A stretch of 64,000 nucleotides of DNA, taken from the sequence record NZ_CP083859.1; one strand, given 5' to 3'. Positions within the stretch are counted from its first letter, which is position 1, and each line of letters opens with the position of its first letter. A model generated the notes under the pieces. The model had not been told where the DNA came from, searched no databases, and saw nothing but the letters and a program-made list of their open reading frames with translations. A program made the position numbers and the translations under genes. Shown here one piece after another: positions 57,057-64,000 of the stretch. This DNA is from a plasmid.

Positions 57057-58013
57057 TCAGTTTTTCTGTGACAGTGGCATCAGTCTGATACCCTCTGCGC
57101 TTTGTTCCGGGATCATGCCATATATCCGGGCTCGTTCCAGTATGCTCGCTGCCCAGCGGCGATGCGTTGCCGGTTCGCACATCGCGCCCTGCGATTTGAA
57201 TACAGCCTGAGTGGAGTTGAGGATCCGGAGCGCATCCGAATGTTCGCCTGCTGATACCTTCAGTGCGTTTTCGATAACATCAATCTGAGCAGGGTGGATG
57301 GCCGTTTTACCCACCAGCCCATGCGCCATATCAAGCGCCAGCTCCCGCGCCATAATGTCATGATCGTCAATATGCTCACAGACTGGCGCCGTCAGCGCAA
57401 AATCACGCGGACCGAATACTGACACCAGCATTTTAATCACGTAGCCCATAGGCCCGTCGTAAAGTGTCAGATTCCGCGGCCGTCTCAGCGAGACCACATT
57501 CATCAGGTCATTTCCGCCGATACGCAGGGCAATGAGCCGATCAAGGCATGGATGAGAAAGTAGCTTTTCCGCAAGTTCACGCATCCGGAGGACATCAAAC
57601 ACGTCGTCGGTTTCAAGGGTCGGCATAAGACAAAGGTGCGTGTCTGCCATTGCCGCCCACCATTCCGGCAACGAGGCCAGAGTGAATTTTGGCAGTACAA
57701 AACCGTCAACGGCGCTCAGGTCGACATTCTGAACCAGCCATTGCCCCATTTCCGTATGTCGCGGGCGAATAAACACCAGCGGCCAGTCCTGGTTACCGGC
57801 ACGTAATTTTTCCTGGCTGAGGCGCTGCAGCAGCTGTCTCAGATTTTCCAGCGCCCGGGGGATATCTGTTTCACTGACCGCATCCTCCAGACAAATGACC
57901 AGCGAGCGAAGTCCCGGGATCTTGCCGTCCAGGATAGCTCCCTCAATATCGTAACGGGTTGCGGGCATGTACAGCGTGGCGCCAAGATTCCAGGGCGAGA
58001 GGCGATTTTTCAT
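57057..58013 (-). CDS. HpcH/HpaI aldolase / citrate-lyase beta (CitE)-like TIM-barrel C-C lyase, ter-associated
   Basis: 318 aa with CitE-like ..LRSLVICLEDAV.. motif. Confidence 0.7.
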   Translation of the reverse strand: MKNRLSPWNLGATLYMPATRYDIEGAILDGKIPGLRSLVICLEDAVSETDIPRALENLRQLLQRLSQEKLRAGNQDWPLVFIRPRHTEMGQWLVQNVDLSAVDGFVLPKFTLASLPEWWAAMADTHLCLMPTLETDDVFDVLRMRELAEKLLSHPCLDRLIALRIGGNDLMNVVSLRRPRNLTLYDGPMGYVIKMLVSVFGPRDFALTAPVCEHIDDHDIMARELALDMAHGLVGKTAIHPAQIDVIENALKVSAGEHSDALRILNSTQAVFKSQGAMCEPATHRRWAASILERARIYGMIPEQSAEGIRLMPLSQKN

Positions 58014-59107
58014 CAGAGCACCTTTTTAATAATGGTCACGGCCCGGTACTGGCCAAGTGCGTCACCCATTTCGGTAACGATGATCCCTTTATCGCGGGCC
58101 AGGCCTACCAGTAACTCGACATCCGGATCGCTGACTGAGCGTACAAACACATGATCGGGTACCCGGCGTAATACGGCGCGGGTTGCTTCAGCGATACCCG
58201 GTTTAATCCGGTTGATGCTGTCGACCGCATACCTGTCAGCAAGGAGGGCGATCACATCACGACTCTTCTGCCACAGACCGGTATTCGCTGCCATATTCCA
58301 GTCGAGCCCGGGTACAGCCGCGGGATCGAGTTTTTCGCGATAATCGGCAACCGTCCCGACCAGCAAGCGGCTGCATTCGTACTCATTCAGATGTTCGCAC
58401 ACGACGCAGCCGTGTAACCCTTCAGTAGTCCATACAGAGCGTGAAATAAGGCCTGATACCGGCGCCCCCATAATCCCGAACGGGATCAGCCAGTCATCAT
58501 CGCTTGCCGCCAGCCAGGAGCAGCCACACGGGTCAGCGAGCACCACAAGGCGGGGGTGTTCCGGATAACCGCTGCGTCCTTCCAGGGAGCGAACCAGTTG
58601 ACCCGTGATCGCGCCTTTACCGGTCCAGCCATCAACGAACACAATGCCATGTGTGCCATGACGGGATTCAATGATATCCAGGGCAGCGGTATCGATGCCG
58701 CGATCACGAATGATGCTGATCCCGTAGTGGAAGGATGTTTTCCCCATGTCCCGCAGCGTCTGATGCAGCATCACGCCCAGAGGCACACCGGCCCGGACGA
58801 GACTTGCCAGAATAATGGGTTCATCACCAAAGCGGTTGGCCAGTTCGCGGGCAAGTTGTGTTACTTCGTGTGCCAGTCGGGCCGCGCCACGATCCAGTGC
58901 GCGTGAGAATAGATCCAGATGCCAAGAGGTAGGGGCAGGCTCCTGGCTCAGCATGTCTGAATAATGCTTTTTGCCGGACTGGATCAGCGCCTCTTTTTGG
59001 TCAACCGGCGTCATTTCCATTTCAATGGGTTTGAGCAGGAACTGGACATCACTGGCGTCGTAAGAGCCCGAAAAAGGAATGAGTGGCTGCATCTTACAGT
59101 TCTCCAA
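58013..59107 (-). CDS. Second PRTase-fold protein (divergent phosphoribosyltransferase-like; corresponds to the protein often annotated as StiP-family in ter loci)
   Basis: 364 aa. ..HGIVFVDGWTGKGAITG.. resembles a degenerate PRPP-binding loop. Confidence 0.5.
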   Translation of the reverse strand: MENCKMQPLIPFSGSYDASDVQFLLKPIEMEMTPVDQKEALIQSGKKHYSDMLSQEPAPTSWHLDLFSRALDRGAARLAHEVTQLARELANRFGDEPIILASLVRAGVPLGVMLHQTLRDMGKTSFHYGISIIRDRGIDTAALDIIESRHGTHGIVFVDGWTGKGAITGQLVRSLEGRSGYPEHPRLVVLADPCGCSWLAASDDDWLIPFGIMGAPVSGLISRSVWTTEGLHGCVVCEHLNEYECSRLLVGTVADYREKLDPAAVPGLDWNMAANTGLWQKSRDVIALLADRYAVDSINRIKPGIAEATRAVLRRVPDHVFVRSVSDPDVELLVGLARDKGIIVTEMGDALGQYRAVTIIKKVL

Positions 59108-59867
59108 AAATTTTCATTGAGACGGCTTCAGCGAACTGGCTTTGACGCGGGATCCCGTACCAGCTGCAGAGCTTCATAAAGCGGTGATCGCTAAGACTGT
59201 CACCGAGCCCAATCACCGGGAATACACCTCGCTCGGCACGTAATTTGTTCAGCAACCAGGTAACGGCCAGACCTTTTTCCACGGGATGAGGAAGCCAGGC
59301 AACATTGTTGCTGTTACGGTGGATATAGAAGTCCGCGACCGGGAATACCGCTTCAATCTCGTCTGCAATGGCATACAGCTCATCAAGCCGTGTGCTGTCG
59401 CGGTGCTTCATCACCAGATAGACGGGTGTGCCGTCATATTCATAGTTGAGTCGCGCCCAGGCGTTAATGCCCCTGGCTTCCATCATCTCTGTGATCGCAC
59501 GTTGCATGGAGATAAGCCTCTCTTCGTACTGCGCCAGGCCCTGCAACATGTGCGCTTTCCAGTCCTCGTCAGGCTGACCCTGTGGGTTCAGGATAACGGC
59601 ACCATGGGTTGTAATCGCCCAAGAGTGGAAGGGGATCTGCACGCGGCTGATTTCTTCAGTGCCGCGGGCCGTCACCGGAATAAGTTCAGCCTGCTCCAGT
59701 AACCAGTCCACCAGCATGGACTGCTCTTCAGTCATGAAGCTGCGTGGCGCTAAACTTCTGTCCAGCGCTCCGGTTTTAAAGGGCTCCAGCGCGAGCTCAT
59801 CCACCATTTTGCGTCGGGTCTGGAAGAGGGTGTCATCAAGGTCACTCAGGACAACGGGTTTATTCAT
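59094..59867 (-). CDS. HAD-superfamily phosphatase
   Basis: Motif I VVLSDLDDTLF near the N-terminus. Start taken at the internal ATG (MNKPVV) rather than the upstream GTG of the track (59885). Confidence 0.75.
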   Translation of the reverse strand: MNKPVVLSDLDDTLFQTRRKMVDELALEPFKTGALDRSLAPRSFMTEEQSMLVDWLLEQAELIPVTARGTEEISRVQIPFHSWAITTHGAVILNPQGQPDEDWKAHMLQGLAQYEERLISMQRAITEMMEARGINAWARLNYEYDGTPVYLVMKHRDSTRLDELYAIADEIEAVFPVADFYIHRNSNNVAWLPHPVEKGLAVTWLLNKLRAERGVFPVIGLGDSLSDHRFMKLCSWYGIPRQSQFAEAVSMKIFGEL

Positions 59868-61002
59868 AGCTAATAATCTCCACACTGGCGGCTACTCCTG
59901 CCAGCGTCTTCATCAGGTGACTGTCCACGCTGGCCGCTGGCGTCTCGGTGCAAAGCAGAACGCGATCAAACCGCTGGTGCGCAACGTTGTATAAAAAATT
60001 GGGAATGCCCAGACCATAGTTATCCGTGAAGGCAATAGCCGACTGAATGGCGAAGCCTGTGGCTATCGGTGATCGGGTAGTGGAACTGTAAAACGCATCC
60101 GCACCGGCCTCGGCCAGACGCTCAGCAAGCAGGAACGGTTCCCACACAAATTCACCTGTGCCCAGCACCAGCACGCGTTCTCCCGGTGAGATGGTGATAT
60201 TACGGCCCAGGTCATTAGCGGGCGCCGTCATCCCCAGTCGGCCCCAGGACTGTTTGCCGGTGATGGGGAAGTTACCCCGGGAAGTCACATTCACCGCTGG
60301 CATTACCGGGACGGGCGCGTCCGGGATGGGTTCCCACTGCCATGCACCGCTGACCAATGACAGCGTGCGCACCGGCAAAGGACAACGCGTTTCCAGCGCA
60401 TCACCACTCCAGTCGGTGAGTGTGACAGCCACAACCTGCTCCAGCTGTGGCAACCGGCCAGTATTGCGCAGTGCCGCAAGGAGATTGATGAAGGTGTTAC
60501 CGGTTGTGGCTTCATCATCAATCAGAACCAGGGTTCGCGCTTCGGTCACTCTGCGGCGCATTTCCGCCTCAGCGGGCAGGTAGATCAGATGATCTGTCGC
60601 ATGGCTGTGCTCTTCCTTAAATTCACACAGCAGTTCACCGTCCTGAGGATGGCGCGTTGAGGTCAGGTAAACGGAATCCGCGTACTGGTGGCGAAGTTCA
60701 TCAAACACGCCAGCCCCGAGACCTACCGCAGTCTCGGCCATCCCGATAAACAGCACCGGTCCGGGAACGGACTCCGGAAACTGGCGGGCCAGACGCTGGT
60801 ATGCCTGACGCATTGTCGAAGGAGGAACCGGAATATGTCTGCCCAGCACTTTGCTGACAAAGAGAAAAGCACGTTTCGGGTTATGGCGCTCAGCAATATC
60901 AAAAAGATCGTTAAGGGACATCTCGCCCCGGGCGCGTGTGACCTGAATCGTGCCGCATAACAATGCACGTCGATAAACAGTGTCTTCGTTCAACAGTGAC
61001 AT
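59860..61002 (-). CDS. Phosphoribosyltransferase (PRPP-binding VLIDDEATTGNT)
   Basis: 380 aa with the classic type I PRTase PRPP loop. Confidence 0.8.
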   Translation of the reverse strand: MSLLNEDTVYRRALLCGTIQVTRARGEMSLNDLFDIAERHNPKRAFLFVSKVLGRHIPVPPSTMRQAYQRLARQFPESVPGPVLFIGMAETAVGLGAGVFDELRHQYADSVYLTSTRHPQDGELLCEFKEEHSHATDHLIYLPAEAEMRRRVTEARTLVLIDDEATTGNTFINLLAALRNTGRLPQLEQVVAVTLTDWSGDALETRCPLPVRTLSLVSGAWQWEPIPDAPVPVMPAVNVTSRGNFPITGKQSWGRLGMTAPANDLGRNITISPGERVLVLGTGEFVWEPFLLAERLAEAGADAFYSSTTRSPIATGFAIQSAIAFTDNYGLGIPNFLYNVAHQRFDRVLLCTETPAASVDSHLMKTLAGVAASVEIISYE

Positions 61003-61010
61003 AGTGAGCC

Positions 61011-62069
61011 TTAATTAATACGGTTGGTGAGGTCGGCTGGATAGACGATGACATCGGTAATGGATCGCACCGTTGCAGGCTTGAAGGAAACCATCGCGTT
61101 ATCTATCACTTCATTTTTCGACATCAGGCCCAGCTGGTGGAAGGCAAACAGCCCCGGCAGATTTACGCCGCTGCGCAACGTGTATCCAATCCCACCTGAC
61201 GGACGCATATTCGTCTCAAGCAGCACTGGCTTGCCGTTGTGGTCATTACGCGTCTGCACATTGGTGAGGCCGTCCGCGTTCATAGCCCGGGCACAGTTAC
61301 AGGCCAGCTCGTATGCTTCGCCGCAGTTCACCAGATACTGAAGCGCACCTTCTTTGCGACGTCCCACAGCTGCGAGGACTTCACCCTTGTGCGCCAGAAT
61401 ATCGACAGAATATTCGGGTCCAGGCAGATACGGCATCAAAACAAGGGGGGTAAACGTCTTAGCGGCGCTCAGCGCTGCAATATACTGGCCGGGTTTCACG
61501 ATCCGGTTTTCCGGGTTGTTGAATACCGCTATGGAGGAGGCCTCGTCATCGAAACGCCAGAATCCCATGCCATAAATACCCGTGACGGGTTTGACACATA
61601 GCGGAGTATCCGCAAAAGGAGGATTAGCAAGATGGTCCTGCAGCGCCGAAATCGAGTTGATGCGTACAGAAGGGACGACCGGCAGTCCACATTGCTGCAT
61701 AAAGTCAGCGAAAGTAACTTTATCGTCGGCAAGCGTCAGCCAGTCAGAAGCCGTCGCGCCAGTGGTGAGCGTAGCGCCCGACGCTTCGATTGCAGCACGA
61801 TGCTGTTCGAACCACTGACTATTTCGTCCCGTATGAACAGCATTAATCCCGTGTTTCCCGATAGTGTCGAGAATGAAAGCAAGGCGGCTTTCCGGGTCAG
61901 AGGGTTCGATTAGCGCATAGTCAGCAACGGCAAGCAATTCATTACGTTCGTGACGATGAGAGGCATAAACAACAAGATTGAAGTTATTAAATTTAGCGAA
62001 AGACTTCATTCCCTGAATAATATCACGCTGTGATGAAAGTCCTTCCATAAGCCAAATTTTGTTTTTCAT
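61011..62069 (-). CDS. ATP-grasp domain ligase (first gene of the ter-linked biosynthetic operon)
   Basis: 352 aa with an ATP-grasp nucleotide-binding pattern (..KPVTGIYGMGFW.., ..LMPYLPGPEYSVD.., ..LETNMRPSGG..). Confidence 0.75.
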   Translation of the reverse strand: MKNKIWLMEGLSSQRDIIQGMKSFAKFNNFNLVVYASHRHERNELLAVADYALIEPSDPESRLAFILDTIGKHGINAVHTGRNSQWFEQHRAAIEASGATLTTGATASDWLTLADDKVTFADFMQQCGLPVVPSVRINSISALQDHLANPPFADTPLCVKPVTGIYGMGFWRFDDEASSIAVFNNPENRIVKPGQYIAALSAAKTFTPLVLMPYLPGPEYSVDILAHKGEVLAAVGRRKEGALQYLVNCGEAYELACNCARAMNADGLTNVQTRNDHNGKPVLLETNMRPSGGIGYTLRSGVNLPGLFAFHQLGLMSKNEVIDNAMVSFKPATVRSITDVIVYPADLTNRIN

Positions 62070-62395
62070 TTTTTAAGTTATTACCTGATAAGTTCAAGCT
62101 GTTAAGGCGGTTATGAGAGTCTAAGAATGTCTTAAGTTGATGTCAATCATAATATGATTGTTAAATGCGGGCATTTTCAACGCTGTGACTGTGATCATGC
62201 AGGGGGTTTATACACTTATATTTCAGCAACCTGAAAGATTTAAGTGCGCAACAATGTAGCGAAAATACAGCCCTGGATCAAAAAAACCTAAAAATTTGTT
62301 CTTGCCTCAGAACTTCATCATGATATGATTTTTTACGTTAGTGGATAAGCGTTATCTCTGGGTTAACTTTCTCATCACCATTTAAGGAAATAAAT

Positions 62396-62977
62396 ATGGT
62401 TTCATTAAGCAAGAATCAGACGGTTTCACTCACTAAACAATCTTCTGCACTCAGCCAGCTTCAGTTTGGTCTTGGCTGGGATCCAATTAAGAAAAAAGGG
62501 CTGCTGGGTGGGTTGTTTGGTGGCAGTGGTTCCATCGATCTAGATGCCGGATGTGTCCTCATGGACAGCGCCGGAAACAAAATCGACACCGTCTGGTTCC
62601 AACAACTGAAATCCAAATGTACGGCTGTTGTTCACAGCGGCGACAACCTGACAGGTGAAGGCGATGGTGATGATGAAGTGATCAATGTCAATCTGAGCAA
62701 ACTGCCTGCAAATGTCGAGTACCTGGCCTTTACCGTGAACAGCTTCCGTGGTCAGTCGTTCAACGATGTCGATAATGCATTCTGCCGTGTAGTTGATCAG
62801 ACCAACAAAGAACTCGCCCGTTATCAGCTGACCGAGCAGGGCGCCCATACCGGCATCGTTATTGCGTCCCTGCGTCGTAATAATGGCAACTGGGACTTCA
62901 CGGCCCATGGCCACCCATGCCGCGGTCGTACCATTACCGATATGCACTCCGATATCGTTTCAACGGTAGTCCGCTAA
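62396..62977 (+). CDS. terZ: TerD-family tellurite resistance protein TerZ
   Basis: 193 aa with TerD-domain Ca-binding motifs (GDNLTGEGDGDDE). Divergent from the ATP-grasp operon. Confidence 0.85.
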   Translation: MVSLSKNQTVSLTKQSSALSQLQFGLGWDPIKKKGLLGGLFGGSGSIDLDAGCVLMDSAGNKIDTVWFQQLKSKCTAVVHSGDNLTGEGDGDDEVINVNLSKLPANVEYLAFTVNSFRGQSFNDVDNAFCRVVDQTNKELARYQLTEQGAHTGIVIASLRRNNGNWDFTAHGHPCRGRTITDMHSDIVSTVVR

Positions 62978-64000
62978 TGAACCTGACGCCGGGGGGCAAT
63001 GCCCCCGTACCATCACAGGAGCTCCGGGTTCGAATCACCTCAGGTGGTCCGGTTGACGCCTCTGCGTTTCGTCTTTATGCAGACGGAAAAGTGCAGGGGG
63101 ATGCGGATATGGTCTTCTACGGCCAGCTGCGCAACGATGATGGCACTGTCAGCCTGGTGAGTGAGGGACAGTATTCAACATTTACTGTCGCTCTTAACCG
63201 GCTGAGGACCGATGTCCAGAAAATTGCCTTTACCGTTACCTGTGACGGTGGGCAGACCGTTGCTGGTCTTCGCAATCTGTCTATTGACGTAGAGCAGGGT
63301 GCAACCCGTCTGGTTAGCGGCGTCGTGGATTTAACGGGCCGTCAGGAAGCTGCGCTCATTCTGGGTGAATTCTATCGTCGTAATAACGAGTGGAAATTCC
63401 GCTTCGTTGCTCAGGGTTTCAATGGCGGACTAAAGCCGCTGGCGGAACACTTTGGTGTTGATATCGCAGACTCACCGGCTCCGGACACTACAACTGCGCC
63501 GCCTGCCGTTACGCCACCAGCACCAGCTCCGGCAGCTAATAAAGTAAGCCTGAGCAAGGTTTCCCTGACCAAGGAGAAACCAGCAATCAGCCTGGCCAAA
63601 CGCGATAACTTTGGCGAGATCCGTATCAATCTTAACTGGAATCGCGCAAGCGGCAGCTCAGGACTGAGGGGCATGTTTGGTTCCAAAGGGATTGATCTGG
63701 ATCTGGGTGCCTTTGTAGAGCTGGAAGACGGTTACAAATCGGTAATACAGGCGCTGGGTAATGCCTTCGGTGATTATCATGACGAACCTTATGTTCAGCT
63801 GCAGGGCGATGATCGTACTGGCGACAATGCTTCAGGTGAATGGCTGCACATCAACGGCCGCGAATGGAAGCACGTTCGTGAGGTCCTGATCTATGCCTTC
63901 ATTTACGAAGGTGCGGCCAGCTGGGATAAAACAGATGGGATCGTCACCATCCATGTTCCGGATCAGCCGCCTATTGAAACCCGGCTGACAGAAGGCGATA
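62977..64000 (+). CDS. terA: TerA (tandem TerD-domain protein), cut by window end
   Basis: ATG overlaps the terZ stop (TAATG). Translation MNLTPGGNAPVPSQELRVRITSGG.. continues to the window edge. Absent from the ORF track because no stop occurs in the window. Confidence 0.8.
   Translation, partial: MNLTPGGNAPVPSQELRVRITSGGPVDASAFRLYADGKVQGDADMVFYGQLRNDDGTVSLVSEGQYSTFTVALNRLRTDVQKIAFTVTCDGGQTVAGLRNLSIDVEQGATRLVSGVVDLTGRQEAALILGEFYRRNNEWKFRFVAQGFNGGLKPLAEHFGVDIADSPAPDTTTAPPAVTPPAPAPAANKVSLSKVSLTKEKPAISLAKRDNFGEIRINLNWNRASGSSGLRGMFGSKGIDLDLGAFVELEDGYKSVIQALGNAFGDYHDEPYVQLQGDDRTGDNASGEWLHINGREWKHVREVLIYAFIYEGAASWDKTDGIVTIHVPDQPPIETRLTEGD

Noticed and set aside
58486-59702. ORFs 58556..58906 (+), 59286..59702 (+), 58486..58707 (-)
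   Set aside because: These overlap the PRTase-like and HAD genes on the wrong strand/frame.
59860-59885. Apparent 26-nt overlap between the HAD gene (track start 59885, GTG) and the PRTase gene
   Set aside because: The internal ATG (MNKPVV..) at ~59867 gives an HAD protein with motif I at the N-terminus and removes the overlap, so the upstream GTG is judged not to be the start. Hand counting in this area disagreed with the track by 1 nt, so the site coordinate is approximate.

Overview
This window reads as a stretch of a large F-like (IncFIB-type) enterobacterial plasmid, Klebsiella/Enterobacter-like in gene content. It is a mosaic of accessory modules rather than ordinary backbone.

- **1–12.8 kb:** silver/copper efflux locus silP(partial)-silG-silA-silB-silF-silC on the minus strand, divergent from silR-silS, then silE and a DUF305 gene, with two SilR/CusR-type boxes.
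- **12.8–20 kb:** AT-rich acquired island carrying an HNH endonuclease gene, a GAF-GGDEF diguanylate cyclase, a large Rad50/RloC-like ABC ATPase with a CxxC zinc hook and a putative C-terminal anticodon-nuclease-like domain, plus two small unknown genes.
- **20–30 kb:** tyrosine recombinase with a palindromic site and a degenerate duplicated fragment, the RepFIB replicon (repA flanked by iterons), sopA-sopB-sopC partition, LexA-regulated umuDC, and a parM/stbA-type actin partition locus.
- **30–42 kb:** conjugative leading region with three copies of a ~190-bp Frpo/ssi-like single-strand promoter repeat. Each precedes an early gene (unknown, orphan adenine MTase, klcA/ardB); further on are a ParB-like 670-aa protein, psiB-psiA, and a hok/sok (flm) locus split by an IS150 copy. 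ORF273/DUF932 and an X-polypeptide/ORF169-type lytic transglycosylase follow.
- **42.8–50.5 kb:** oriT with an F-like nic motif, traM, an unusual opposite-strand tandem-Arc RHH gene where traJ/traY are expected, then traA-L-E-K. traB is truncated, and a deletion scar joins the traD 5' end to the traI 3' end.
- **50.5–54.8 kb:** DsbA-like gene, a YafO-like toxin with a non-canonical upstream partner, a second tyrosine recombinase, RND-pump and GNAT pseudogene fragments, and a plasmid H-NS paralogue.
- **55.3–64 kb:** a seven-gene minus-strand operon divergent from terZ-terA: ATP-grasp, PRTase, HAD, a second PRTase-like protein, a CitE/HpcH-like lyase, then two uncharacterised genes (a DUF4236 protein and a wHTH+RHH protein).

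Candidates for novel biology, in priority order:
1. The DUF4236 + wHTH-RHH pair at the 3' end of the ter-linked operon.
2. The RloC-like ATPase / HNH island.
3. The YafO-like toxin cassette.
4. The tandem-RHH gene in the tra regulatory slot.
5. The unknown leading-region ORFs as anti-defence candidates.

All family assignments come from reading translations by eye; no database search was run. Hand-counted coordinates of non-ORF sites may be off by 1–3 nt.
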